From contig CAYXSY010000008.1 in assembly GCA_964467905.1 (NCBI GenBank), positions 22 through 64,021 on the forward strand: 64,000 bases of DNA, in the 5' to 3' direction. Position 1 is the first letter of the stretch. Each line of letters begins with the position of its first letter. Below, one piece after another: positions 35,556 to 45,362 of the stretch. A program made the translations under genes and the position numbers. The notes beneath the pieces are model-generated. The model had not been told where the DNA came from. It saw only the letters and a list, made by a program, of their open reading frames with translations, and made no database searches. This stretch comes from an uncultured Planctomycetales bacterium (GTDB taxonomy: Bacteria; Omnitrophota; Gorgyraeia; Gygaellales; Profunditerraquicolaceae).

Positions 35556-35741
35556 ATGAGAAATAAACCAACTTGTATATTGGGCATAATCCTGTGGGCG
35601 GCTGCGCTTTTGCTGCTTTTGGCGGCAGCTTTTGATATCCTACCGATTAGCGATAATCTAGCGATTTTTCTGGCATTAGCATGTTTTATTGTTTTGGGAG
35701 CTATCAAAAAGGCCACAGGGGGCTCAAGCTGCTGTAAATAA
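35556..35741 (+). CDS. 61-aa two-TM protein with C-terminal CC
   Basis: AAGGAGG RBS. Two hydrophobic helices and the tail GGSSCCK. Confidence 0.4.
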   Translation: MRNKPTCILGIILWAAALLLLLAAAFDILPISDNLAIFLALACFIVLGAIKKATGGSSCCK

Positions 35742-35788
35742 GAATAAAAGCTTATCCTCGCTTATATATAAAAAATAGGCTTACCCCT

Positions 35789-35817
35789 TTGAAATTTACC
35801 TATCTTTATGGTATACT
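35789..35817 (+). promoter_or_regulatory. Candidate sigma70 promoter of the polysaccharide locus
   Basis: TTGAAA (35789-35794), 17-nt spacer, TGgTATACT (hexamer 35812-35817). About 195-nt leader to TTG 36012. Confidence 0.45.
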
Positions 35818-36011
35818 TATCTTTATTGCCCATCAGAAATAAGCAGTTCTGCTTTAGCAATCCAGATAGCTTTGGTTTTAGGTCATAAATCTTCCCCAAA
35901 GCATATTTAATGTGGGCCTTAAATTATGCTTCCTTTGATTTGGCTTCGATGTAAATAACCTGTTGGTATTAATCTATTTAGCTTGATTTTCCTAACACTT
36001 AAGGTTTTAAT

Positions 36012-37151
36012 TTGAGTAATCGCGGTAAGAAGATAATAATTTTGAATGCTGTTTTAGTATTTTGTGGCGCCTTATCCGGCCCGGCCTATGCCTATCAGAT
36101 CGGCAGGACAGATATAGGCTTGCGTGCTGCATTTAAAGAAAATTATGACGATAATATTACTTTTGTTAAAGATAACAAGAAAGAGGGCTCAAGTAATATT
36201 TTGTCTTTGGGGCTTTACGCTGACTATGAAGATAAGCGCAATGTTCTTAAATTAGACGGTAATGTTTATCATCAGATATATAACAGCCATAGGAAATACA
36301 ACAATACCAGCGAAGATTTTTCTTTAGATTTCTCAAGCGATATATCAAAACGCCAGCGCATAAGCATAAAGGATAATTTTCTTCATGCTTATGAACCGCG
36401 CAGCTTTGAACAGGAATTCGGCAGGATTGGCGGAAGATACGGCTATTATCAGAACAGACTGGATTTTGGCTATCAATTAGATTTAAGCAGGCGTTTGATT
36501 GCGAAAGCAAAATACGTAAACACTCTGGATAATTTTAATACTTCGGATTTGAGCGATTCTTATCTGAATAAAGGAACTGTTGCTTTTGAGTATGCTTTGG
36601 GCGAACTTCTCACCTTCTTATCTTCTTATGATTTTTCTTACAGGGACTTTTCGCCGGGAGGTTCAGCTACTGCCAATACCCTTTCATCAGGATTAAGAAA
36701 GTTTCTTAATAAGCGCACTTATATTGAATTACAGGGAGGCGTTGATTTTATAGAATCAACATTTAGTTCTGATTATACCAAACCGCGTTATAGTGTAGCA
36801 CTCAGCAACGAGGTTGATAAGGATTCAACAGCAATAGTCGCATTTTTGAGAGAATATTCCACAAACCCTTATGCACAAGATATATTTGATTTTTATCAGG
36901 CAACAGCTAATTTTAAGAGGCAGTTGTCTAAAAAAATAAGCTGTTCTTTAACCGGGTTGTGGGGAAGGGGTAAGTATTTAATATTGGATATCACAGATAG
37001 ATTTATCGGAGGCAGGCTTGATTTGGTTTTTGAGCCTAAGGAGGGTATGCGTTTTACCCTTGGTTATGATTATTCAAGAGCGGATTCCAATGTTTCCGAG
37101 AGAGAGTATAAAAGGAATTTATACAGTATCGGCATGGCAATGGAGTTTTAA
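36012..37151 (+). CDS. Outer-membrane beta-barrel protein of the EPS locus
   Basis: TTG start, signal peptide ending GPAYAYQ, Tyr-rich alternating strands, C-terminal IGMAMEF. Confidence 0.5.
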   Translation: MSNRGKKIIILNAVLVFCGALSGPAYAYQIGRTDIGLRAAFKENYDDNITFVKDNKKEGSSNILSLGLYADYEDKRNVLKLDGNVYHQIYNSHRKYNNTSEDFSLDFSSDISKRQRISIKDNFLHAYEPRSFEQEFGRIGGRYGYYQNRLDFGYQLDLSRRLIAKAKYVNTLDNFNTSDLSDSYLNKGTVAFEYALGELLTFLSSYDFSYRDFSPGGSATANTLSSGLRKFLNKRTYIELQGGVDFIESTFSSDYTKPRYSVALSNEVDKDSTAIVAFLREYSTNPYAQDIFDFYQATANFKRQLSKKISCSLTGLWGRGKYLILDITDRFIGGRLDLVFEPKEGMRFTLGYDYSRADSNVSEREYKRNLYSIGMAMEF

Positions 37152-37153
37152 TT

Positions 37154-38557
37154 ATGTTAAAAGAACGCGTAGCAATGTTTGTTAGGATCATGATGTTTAT
37201 GGACGCTTGCATTGTCTTGTGCGGTTACTACCTATGTTATTTCTTGTGCCCGCATACAGTAAGCGTAGAGCTTTTTGAAGCTCACAACAGCGTTGCGCCG
37301 GCATTTGTATTCATTTGGGTTATATTGCTTAATGTATTCGGGATGTACGAGTCTTTCAGGGTTAAGCGCATAAGGCATGTCTTTTGGATAATTCTTAAGG
37401 TAATGGTGTTTGGTTTCCTGTTTTTTGTGAGTTTCATGTATATATTTGACACGCCTGTTAATAAGACAACAGTAATGTTGAGTTTTCTTTTTACCGGTTG
37501 GCTTATATTTGTTGAGAAGTTTATTTTGACTATTTTCTTGCGCTATATAAGGATGCGCGGGCTTAATTACAGGAATATACTTATCTTCGGCACGGGCAAA
37601 AGGGCGCAGGATTTTGTTTCTTTAATTGAAAAACATAATGAATGGGGTTTAAAGATTATCGGTATGATTGATGAAGATGTCTCTAAAAAGCATCAGGTTG
37701 TAAAGGGTTATCAAGTTTTGGGGGCATTTAACGATGTGGAGAGCATTGTTCATAACAATGTTGTTGATGAGGTAGTTTTTGTCGTGCCCCGTTCGTGGCT
37801 GACGAGGATAGAGCCGGTAATGAAATTTCTAGAGACTGAGGGTATTAAGATTCATCTTGCGGTTGATTATTTTGAGCTTGAACTCTCAAGGGCTAAGCAA
37901 ACTGATTTAAACGGCTTCCCGTTGATTACTTTTGAAAGTACCCCGGCTCAACATTGGCAATTGCTAGCTAAGCGCATAATGGATGTTTTTATCTCGGCCG
38001 CATCTTTAATAGTGTTATTTCCGGTTTTCATAGCCATAGCTTTTATTATCAAATTAACTTCCGCAGGTCCGGTGTTTTTTAAGCAGACCAGAAGTGGCTT
38101 AAGCGGTAGGAAATTTACAATGTATAAATTCAGGACTATGATTAAAGATGCCGAGAGCAAACTTGAGGAGCTGCGCAAGCATAACGAGATGAAGGGGCCG
38201 GCGTTCAAAATGGAGGATGACCCGCGCCTGACTGATGTAGGAAAGGTCTTGAGAAAAACAAGCCTTGATGAGCTTCCGCAATTATGGAATGTTTTGAAAG
38301 GCGATATGAGTTTAGTCGGTCCGCGTCCGCCGCTTCCTGCGGAAGTAGAGAAATACGATTATTGGCAGAGGCGCCGTTTAAGCATGAAGCCGGGCCTTAC
38401 GTGCTTGTGGCAGATTGGCGGCAGGAGCAAGATAACAGATTTTGATGAATGGATGAAGCTGGACTTAAAGTATATAGATAAGTGGTCTTTGTGGCTTGAT
38501 TTCCAGATATTATTTCAAACAATCCCTGTGGTATTGTTTGGGCACGGGGCAAAGTAA
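37154..38557 (+). CDS. Polyprenyl-phosphate hexose-1-phosphate transferase (WbaP/EpsB-type initiating sugar transferase)
   Basis: N-terminal TMs, central Rossmann-like segment, C-terminal KFRTM...DPR...SLDELPQLWNVLKGDMSLVGPRP. Confidence 0.85.
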   Translation: MLKERVAMFVRIMMFMDACIVLCGYYLCYFLCPHTVSVELFEAHNSVAPAFVFIWVILLNVFGMYESFRVKRIRHVFWIILKVMVFGFLFFVSFMYIFDTPVNKTTVMLSFLFTGWLIFVEKFILTIFLRYIRMRGLNYRNILIFGTGKRAQDFVSLIEKHNEWGLKIIGMIDEDVSKKHQVVKGYQVLGAFNDVESIVHNNVVDEVVFVVPRSWLTRIEPVMKFLETEGIKIHLAVDYFELELSRAKQTDLNGFPLITFESTPAQHWQLLAKRIMDVFISAASLIVLFPVFIAIAFIIKLTSAGPVFFKQTRSGLSGRKFTMYKFRTMIKDAESKLEELRKHNEMKGPAFKMEDDPRLTDVGKVLRKTSLDELPQLWNVLKGDMSLVGPRPPLPAEVEKYDYWQRRRLSMKPGLTCLWQIGGRSKITDFDEWMKLDLKYIDKWSLWLDFQILFQTIPVVLFGHGAK

Positions 38558-38576
38558 GAATAAAAGGAGGGGGTTT

Positions 38577-39143
38577 ATGAAAAGGATTTTTGTTGCGGCT
38601 GTATTTCTAGCATTCTTTAGTATTCAAGTGGGGTATTGTCAGGCTAACGATGATTACAGGGTTGGGGTGGGAGATGTTTTAGAGATAACCGTTGTCGAAC
38701 ATCAGGATTTAGATAGGGAGTTGACGGTTGCCCCTGACGGGACAATAAATTTTCCTTTGGTAGGCAGCATAAACGTAAAAGGCATGAAGGTCCCTGAAGT
38801 TAACGCTGCTATAGAGAGTGCGTTAAAAGACGGCTATATTAAGTATCCTCAAGTAAGCACTTCTCTAAAAGATGCAAAAAATAAGGTTTTTTATGTGTAT
38901 GGCGAAGTAAACAGCCCCGGGTCTTATCAGTGTGCAGGGGATATGACAATATTGAAAGCCATAAGTTTAGCCGGTGGCTTAACTAAATTTGGTTCAGAAA
39001 GTAATATTAAGGTTTTAAGGGGAGCTAGCGGAAGCAGCGATTATCAAACCATAAGAGTGAATTTAAAGAATATTACCGCCAAGGGCGATAAGTCAAAAGA
39101 TATATCTATAGAACCAGGTGATACAATTATAGTATCCGAATAA
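38577..39143 (+). CDS. Polysaccharide export protein (Wza/OPX-like, Poly_export + SLBB)
   Basis: Signal peptide, YRVGVGDVLEITV, PDGTINFPLVGSINVKGM. ATG 38577 behind AAAGGAGGGGG. Confidence 0.8.
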   Translation: MKRIFVAAVFLAFFSIQVGYCQANDDYRVGVGDVLEITVVEHQDLDRELTVAPDGTINFPLVGSINVKGMKVPEVNAAIESALKDGYIKYPQVSTSLKDAKNKVFYVYGEVNSPGSYQCAGDMTILKAISLAGGLTKFGSESNIKVLRGASGSSDYQTIRVNLKNITAKGDKSKDISIEPGDTIIVSE

Positions 39144-39155
39144 AAGGAGAAAAAG

Positions 39156-40769
39156 ATGCAGACTGAAGAATTGCGCAGTGATTTTAGCCTTAGGGATTTA
39201 TTGAGGGTATTTTTTGATAAGTTCAATATCTTGGTAGTGACGGTTATTGCCGCATTATTAGCTACTTTTATTATTTTGAAATTTATAACTCCGATGTATA
39301 AGGCGACAGTAAAAGTCTTGATATCAGGGCAGAAGGCAGTGGAATCGCCATATTATAAAGAATTGATGTATGGTACTGGCTCAAATGTTGTAATGACACA
39401 GAGCGAAATTGTAAGAAGCAAGGCGGTGCTTGAGCGTACAGTTAGTACGCTAGGTTTAGATAAAAGGCTGCCTACTTTGAGGAAATACAATTCTGTTTTA
39501 AAAAACATATCATTAAGCATTATTGATTTTCCGAAGAAAGTTTTAGGGGGAGTTAAGGATTTCTTTGTCTATACGATGTTTGGTAAGGCCAAGCCAGTCG
39601 GGCAGTCTGATTTTGATAAGGCAGTTGCATTGCTCAAGAAAGATATTAAGGTAAAAAGGATAGTCGAAACGGATGTTTTTGAAATTACTGTTTTTGATTA
39701 TGATCCGTTAATGGCGAAGAATATCGCTAATGTGCTGAGCCGCTCATACGTATTATTTGATCTTGAGCAGCAGCTTGCCGAGATGAAGCTCAAATTCGGG
39801 GCAAAATATCCGATGGTTTTACAGCTGGAAGATAGCATTGCTAATCTGAACCAAAATTTATCAAAGGATCTAAGCGATGTTGAGGCGATAGGCCCGGCGA
39901 GCGTAAAGATAATTGAGCAGGCAACCAAGCCTGAAAACCCGGCTTACCCTCAGAAGTCAGTAGCTTATTTACTCGCGCTGGTTATCAGTTTTATGGTTGG
40001 GGTGCTGGTTATTACATTTTATGCATATTTTGATCAGAGTTTTAAATCTCCTAAGGACCTTGAAGATCATATGAATCTTCCTCTTTTAGGGTCTTTGCCC
40101 TTAATAAGAGAAGATAGGCTATTTGCCAGGCAGCGTTCTTTGGGTGACAGAAATCTCTTTAATAAGCAATTACGTATATTATCAGATCAAGTTTATCTTT
40201 TATGTCATGATAAAAAAATCAAAAGCCTTATTTTTGCCAGCATAGACTCCGGAGAGGGCACGACAACTGCCGTGTTTAACCTGGCTAGAATGATTGCCAA
40301 GAATCACGGTTACAAAACAGTAGTAGTTGATTGTAATCTACGTTGCGCAGCAGTGCATAAGTTTTTCCGTATAGAGGAAGGCCCGGGTTTATCAGAGGTG
40401 CTGGAAAACAAAGAACAGTTAGATAAGAGCTTAAAGAAAATAGACAATAATCTTTTTGTCCTTACGTCCGGGAAAACAGAACTTAATCCGGTTGTGCTTT
40501 TTAATTCAAGTAAAATTGAAGAGTTGCTTGGGGCACTAAAGGAAAAGTTTGATCTGGTTATACTGGATGCGCCATTTTTGAAAGAATATAAGGATGCTTA
40601 TATTCTTTCATCCAAGGCAGACGGTATAGTGCTTGTTGTTGATATGTTGAAGGCGCGCAGGCAAATAGTCCAGATGCATATTAAGCCGTTTGATGAGAAG
40701 AAAATAATCGGGGCTATATTTAACAGGCGCCTATATCATATCCCCGATGTAATCTACAGGAATTTCTAA
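39156..40769 (+). CDS. Chain-length determinant (PCP) fused to BY-kinase-like P-loop domain with non-canonical Walker A
   Basis: Wzz-like N-terminus with 2 TMs. The C-terminal domain has SGEGTTT instead of GEGK(S/T)T, VVVDCNLR (Walker A'-like) and LVILDAP (Walker B). Confidence 0.75.
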   Translation: MQTEELRSDFSLRDLLRVFFDKFNILVVTVIAALLATFIILKFITPMYKATVKVLISGQKAVESPYYKELMYGTGSNVVMTQSEIVRSKAVLERTVSTLGLDKRLPTLRKYNSVLKNISLSIIDFPKKVLGGVKDFFVYTMFGKAKPVGQSDFDKAVALLKKDIKVKRIVETDVFEITVFDYDPLMAKNIANVLSRSYVLFDLEQQLAEMKLKFGAKYPMVLQLEDSIANLNQNLSKDLSDVEAIGPASVKIIEQATKPENPAYPQKSVAYLLALVISFMVGVLVITFYAYFDQSFKSPKDLEDHMNLPLLGSLPLIREDRLFARQRSLGDRNLFNKQLRILSDQVYLLCHDKKIKSLIFASIDSGEGTTTAVFNLARMIAKNHGYKTVVVDCNLRCAAVHKFFRIEEGPGLSEVLENKEQLDKSLKKIDNNLFVLTSGKTELNPVVLFNSSKIEELLGALKEKFDLVILDAPFLKEYKDAYILSSKADGIVLVVDMLKARRQIVQMHIKPFDEKKIIGAIFNRRLYHIPDVIYRNF

Positions 40770-40775
40770 GATAAT

Positions 40776-42281
40776 ATGCAATTATCGTGGTTAGCTAATA
40801 ATGATAAGACGATAGCGGCTGTTGCTTTGGGTATTCTATCAGCAGCAGTTGCTATCGCTTTGCTTGGGCTTCCTTGGATTTGGATAATTCTATTGGTTTC
40901 AGTCCTGCCGCTTACCGCCCTTGCTTTTTATGTAGGGGATTTGCGTAAGTTTTCTTTTTATCTGTTTGTATTCTTATTGCCCTTGGCTTTCCAGAAGATA
41001 ATTTATAACCCTGTTTCTACCCAAATTATTTTGAAGCCAGTTCTAGTGTTTTCTATTTCAGATATCCCACTAATATTTTTTATTGGCATTACATTTATTA
41101 GGTTATTGAAAGTCAAGCATAGAATTGACGTAAAAAATAAAATTGCCATATTATGGTTTTCTGCTTGGTTGTTGTGGTGTTTTGTCTCTCTATTTAACTC
41201 TATTACTATACCACATGGGGTTCAGTTTTCTTTTATAATGCTTATTTATTTAATTAAAATTTTCTTACTTTTTATTTGTTTATCGTATGTCCCGTTTGAT
41301 AATAAAACATTAAGAACTGTTTCGTTTATAATTATTGCGAGTGTTTTTATACAAAGTTGTTTTGTTCTTATACAGCATTTTAGCTCTACCACTTTTGGTA
41401 TTATCGGCGTTGAAAGCATCGCAATGACTTTTTCTACGTCAATGCAGTCTGCTTATACAAGGTCTTCAGGTACAATGGGGCACGTGAATGCCGAAGCAAC
41501 ATTCTTCTCTTTAATGATACCGTTAGTATTTACTTTTTTTATGTTTGCTAAAAGATTCACCCGGATTTTATTGACAGGAATAATTTTTCTGCTGGCTTCT
41601 CTGTCTTTGGTCTTTACTTTCTCGAGAGGGGGATGGGGAGCTACTTTCTTAGCGATATTATTTTGTATGGTTTTTATTTTTGTAAAATCGCTGTCCGCAG
41701 ATAAATGGATAAAAACAATTTTCCTTATTCTATGTGTTGTTTTAGCTTTAGGTTTTTATCTTCGTCCTATTGTGGATAGGATAACTCTCAGCGATAACGG
41801 AGCAGCTGCTTCTAGGGGGCGATTAGTTGACACTGCCTTAAAGATGTTTATCGATCATCCCGTTATTGGAGTTGGAATCAATAATTATCAAGAAGTTGCT
41901 CCGGAATATGGTTTCTCGCCTAAGGGTGCAGGTTTTTATAAACATGGAAGGCTATTCGTCGGTACAGCCCCAGTACACAATAGATTTTTATTAACCTTAA
42001 CTGAGACAGGGATTATAGGTTTTGTTTTCTTTATGGGTTTTATCTTGACAGTCCTAATCTTCGGTTTTAGGTATGTTCTAGCCGTTAAATCAGATAACGT
42101 TCCAATCGCCATAGCAATGTTTTCTGCTTTCGCTGGCTCGCTTTTTTATATGCAGATAGAGATTTTCTGTGATCCTACTATACTTACGATGTTGTTCTTG
42201 GCTATAGCCTTGTTATACAATTGTTATAATAACGATAAAAGTAACTTTTATAAAGACAATGGGATTATCAAAGACGTTTAA
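40776..42281 (+). CDS. O-antigen ligase/polymerase-family membrane protein (Wzy-like)
   Basis: At least 10 TMs, FSRGGWGA loop motif, very AT-rich. Confidence 0.7.
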   Translation: MQLSWLANNDKTIAAVALGILSAAVAIALLGLPWIWIILLVSVLPLTALAFYVGDLRKFSFYLFVFLLPLAFQKIIYNPVSTQIILKPVLVFSISDIPLIFFIGITFIRLLKVKHRIDVKNKIAILWFSAWLLWCFVSLFNSITIPHGVQFSFIMLIYLIKIFLLFICLSYVPFDNKTLRTVSFIIIASVFIQSCFVLIQHFSSTTFGIIGVESIAMTFSTSMQSAYTRSSGTMGHVNAEATFFSLMIPLVFTFFMFAKRFTRILLTGIIFLLASLSLVFTFSRGGWGATFLAILFCMVFIFVKSLSADKWIKTIFLILCVVLALGFYLRPIVDRITLSDNGAAASRGRLVDTALKMFIDHPVIGVGINNYQEVAPEYGFSPKGAGFYKHGRLFVGTAPVHNRFLLTLTETGIIGFVFFMGFILTVLIFGFRYVLAVKSDNVPIAIAMFSAFAGSLFYMQIEIFCDPTILTMLFLAIALLYNCYNNDKSNFYKDNGIIKDV

Positions 42282-43698
42282 GAATACGCTTTTTCTATTA
42301 TTTGCTAGAGTCGCTTCATCTTTTCTTTCCCTCTTTGTTGTTGTTATTATCGCTAGGGGTTTGGGCGTAGAGGTGTTGGGAAAGTTTGCGCTTATTTATG
42401 CGTATTTCCTTATTTTTACTGAAATACCCTTACTTGGTCTAAACATATTTATTACAAGGGAATTAACCAAAGGGCAGGATTATTCCCGAAAATTCTTTTT
42501 TATCAGCAATGCCCTCAGCTATATTTCTGTAGTTGTATTATCTGTTATTATCGTTTTGATTATTTATCTCGCAGGATACCCTAAAGACGTTTCTTCGGCT
42601 TTATTTTGGGTTTTATTGGCGACTATCCCCAGCGGTTTTATTACTGTTGTTCAGGCATTTTTTATGGCTTTTGAAAGGTTTAAGCTTATGTCTTCAATAG
42701 TAATCGCCGAGAACTTCTTACGGTCTTTGGGGGCAGTATTAATATTGTTATTCCACGGAAATATAGTGCAGATATTCTTTTTGTTTTTCGTTCTGCGTTT
42801 AGTTTTCTTCGGTGTGCATTATAAAGCTATAGATAAAATAGGCATGTTGCCTAAGCAATTCGTTTGGGATCGCGATTTATTTATTTTTACTCTAAGGCAC
42901 TGGCCGGTGTTTTCTGCAATATATATAATAAGTATTTTAATAAGCCGTATTGATCAGGTATTGCTGTCTAAATTGGGTACTTTAAGCGACGTAGGCATAT
43001 ATTCTGCTTCTTACAAATTCCTAGATTTCTTTCTTATGGCTCCGACTGCTTTAAGTTTTGTAGTTTTTCCGTTTTTTTCCAAGATGGATTTAAACAATGA
43101 TGTTAATAAGCGTATAATTTCTATAATTATTAAATATTTCTCTATTCTTGCGATACCTCTTATTGCTTTCTTTTTCTTTTGTTCCGAGCAGTTTATTGCG
43201 TTATTCTATGGCGATAAGTTTTCTAACTCGGCTTTAGTTTTATCGATACTAATATGGAATTTTCTGGTTACTGGTTGTGATCAGGTGCTGGGTTTGCTGA
43301 TGATTTCGCAGAATAAACAACAAACTGACCTTAAGTTTCTGCTTCATACTATTATAATTTATGTTGTATTGTTATTTGCGTTAATACCAAAATACCACTT
43401 TATTGGCGCCGCTATAGCGACTGTAGTAAGCAGCGTATTCTTGACAGGTTCAAAACTTACGTATCTAAGTAGAAGTATTTATAAGATAAGGTTTGATGGA
43501 TTATTCAGGAATTTATCCTTTGCCGTAATCCTATTTGCCATTTTCTTTATGTTGAGGATGTATTGGCCTGTTAATTCGTTAATCTCATGGATGTCTTTTG
43601 TCATACTCTATACCTGCGGAGCGTTTATCTTTAACATCGCTACTAGAGACGAAAATAAAATTGTTTATTTGGCTTTCTTTAAGAACGTAAATAAATGA
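42259..43698 (+). CDS. Polysaccharide flippase (Wzx, MOP superfamily)
   Basis: About 12-14 TMs. N-terminal KNTLFLLFARVASSFLSLFVVVIIARGLG is typical of Wzx. Confidence 0.75.
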   Translation: MGLSKTFKNTLFLLFARVASSFLSLFVVVIIARGLGVEVLGKFALIYAYFLIFTEIPLLGLNIFITRELTKGQDYSRKFFFISNALSYISVVVLSVIIVLIIYLAGYPKDVSSALFWVLLATIPSGFITVVQAFFMAFERFKLMSSIVIAENFLRSLGAVLILLFHGNIVQIFFLFFVLRLVFFGVHYKAIDKIGMLPKQFVWDRDLFIFTLRHWPVFSAIYIISILISRIDQVLLSKLGTLSDVGIYSASYKFLDFFLMAPTALSFVVFPFFSKMDLNNDVNKRIISIIIKYFSILAIPLIAFFFFCSEQFIALFYGDKFSNSALVLSILIWNFLVTGCDQVLGLLMISQNKQQTDLKFLLHTIIIYVVLLFALIPKYHFIGAAIATVVSSVFLTGSKLTYLSRSIYKIRFDGLFRNLSFAVILFAIFFMLRMYWPVNSLISWMSFVILYTCGAFIFNIATRDENKIVYLAFFKNVNK

Positions 43699-44786
43699 AG
43701 ATACTCCATCTTGATACTGATGATATAGATAATCCTTTAACCGGAGGTGGAGCCAGAAAGAATTTCGAGATTTACAGGCGTCTTTCTGGCAAGCACGACG
43801 TTACTGTATTGACGGCAACATTCCCGGGAAGTACGAAGGGAGTTATCCGTGACGGTGTACGTTACGTAAGGTTAGGCAAAGGGAATAAGCGTTTTGGCCT
43901 ATCGTATCACTTTAGCTATCTTGCATCTTTGCCGTTTGCCATAAAACAGTTCCCGCACGATTTGCTTGTTGAAGAGTTTATGGCTCCGTGCGGCGGTATT
44001 GGTTCTTTTCTATGGACCAGAAAGCCGGTTGTATCAAGTATCCAGTGGCTGTTTGCAAGAGCTTGGGCGAAGAAGTATAAGATACCGTTTCACTTAGGAG
44101 AAGAATTTTCTTTAAGAATATACAAGAAGTTTATAGTCCAGTCGTCAGTTCTTAAGGAAAAAATCGCAAAAGTTAACAAGAAAGCAATTACTGAGATAAT
44201 CTATCCCGGGATAGACAGTTTTCTTTTGGATGGGCCGCTATTAAAGGGAGAGTATATATTATTTATTGGTAGAATTGACATTGCGCAAAAAGGCCTGGAT
44301 ATGCTGATACGTATTTTTAATAAGACGCGCGACAGGCATAATTGTAAATTGGTTATTGCCGGATCGGGTGAAGATATACCGGTATTGAAGGATTTGGTTT
44401 CTTCTTTGGGTATTGTTTCAAGGGTAGAATTTTTAGGTAAAGTGAGCGACCCTCAAGAGAAGATGCGTTTATTTTCAAAGGCAAGATTTGTGTGTGTGCC
44501 TTCGCGCTATGAGACATTCGGCATGGTTGCCTTGGAGGCGTTTGCCTTGGGTAAGCCAGTATTATGTTTTGACATACCTGCTTTAAACGAGCTTGTGAAT
44601 GAAGAGAGGGGCTGTCTTGTTAAGGCTTTTGATGAAGAGGCGTATGCAGAACAATTAACCCTGATGGCCAACGATGATAAGCTAGTTGAGAGTAAAGCCA
44701 GAAGTTGCCGCGAGTTTGCTGTAGGTTTTACTTGGGATAAAATAGCTTTACAACACGAGTTATTTTTGCAGAGATGTTTAGAATAG
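43695..44786 (+). CDS. Glycosyltransferase family 4 (GT-B)
   Basis: C-terminal PSRYETFGMVALEAFALGKPV (E-x7-E region). Confidence 0.75.
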   Translation: MKILHLDTDDIDNPLTGGGARKNFEIYRRLSGKHDVTVLTATFPGSTKGVIRDGVRYVRLGKGNKRFGLSYHFSYLASLPFAIKQFPHDLLVEEFMAPCGGIGSFLWTRKPVVSSIQWLFARAWAKKYKIPFHLGEEFSLRIYKKFIVQSSVLKEKIAKVNKKAITEIIYPGIDSFLLDGPLLKGEYILFIGRIDIAQKGLDMLIRIFNKTRDRHNCKLVIAGSGEDIPVLKDLVSSLGIVSRVEFLGKVSDPQEKMRLFSKARFVCVPSRYETFGMVALEAFALGKPVLCFDIPALNELVNEERGCLVKAFDEEAYAEQLTLMANDDKLVESKARSCREFAVGFTWDKIALQHELFLQRCLE

Positions 44787-44797
44787 GAGACAATGCT

Positions 44798-45352
44798 ATG
44801 CAGAAAAAAAGAGGGCTTTTCTATTTGATTTGGTCAGACTTTAAGAAAAGGGCGGAATATAATAATGATAAGAATCCCTGGCTTTTATTTCTTACTTTGT
44901 TTCTTAACCAGGCACTTGTGGGGTTGATTTTGTATCGGATCTCGCACTCCTTAGAAAAGCATGGTCTTGGTTTATTTGCCAGGGTTTTTACTTCCATGAA
45001 TAACTATCTTTGTTTGATGTTTATTGATCCTAAGGCTGAAATAGGTGAGGGTTTCTTTATGCCTCATACTTTCGCTGTCTTGATACATGGTAATGCTGTT
45101 ATCGGAGATAACGTAATTATATGTCAAGGAGTTGACATCGGTATCGGGCCGAGAAAAGAAGGCAGCGTTAGCGACAAAGTTTTTATAGGAAATAATACTA
45201 TGATATTCAGTGGAGCGAAGGTGTTCGGCAATATTAGAATAGGCAACAATGTCCAAATAGGGGCAAATAGTGTTGTTTTAGATTCTATTCCCGATAATGC
45301 CTTGGCGGTTGGAGCTCCTGCAAAAGTCGTTAGGATTAATAAGAGTGAATAA
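44798..45352 (+). CDS. Hexapeptide-repeat (LbH) O-acetyltransferase, CysE/EpsC-like, paralogue 1
   Basis: ATG 44798 behind TAGGAGA. GLFYLIWSDFKKRAE N-terminus; LbH repeats IGDNVIICQGVDIG...IGNNVQIGANSVV. Confidence 0.7.
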   Translation: MQKKRGLFYLIWSDFKKRAEYNNDKNPWLLFLTLFLNQALVGLILYRISHSLEKHGLGLFARVFTSMNNYLCLMFIDPKAEIGEGFFMPHTFAVLIHGNAVIGDNVIICQGVDIGIGPRKEGSVSDKVFIGNNTMIFSGAKVFGNIRIGNNVQIGANSVVLDSIPDNALAVGAPAKVVRINKSE

Positions 45353-45362
45353 AGCAAGAAAA

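Noticed and set aside
35818-36011. Long leader of the polysaccharide locus checked for a JUMPstart/ops element (GGCGGTAG)
   Set aside because: The motif is absent, and I saw no convincing conserved-looking structure by eye.
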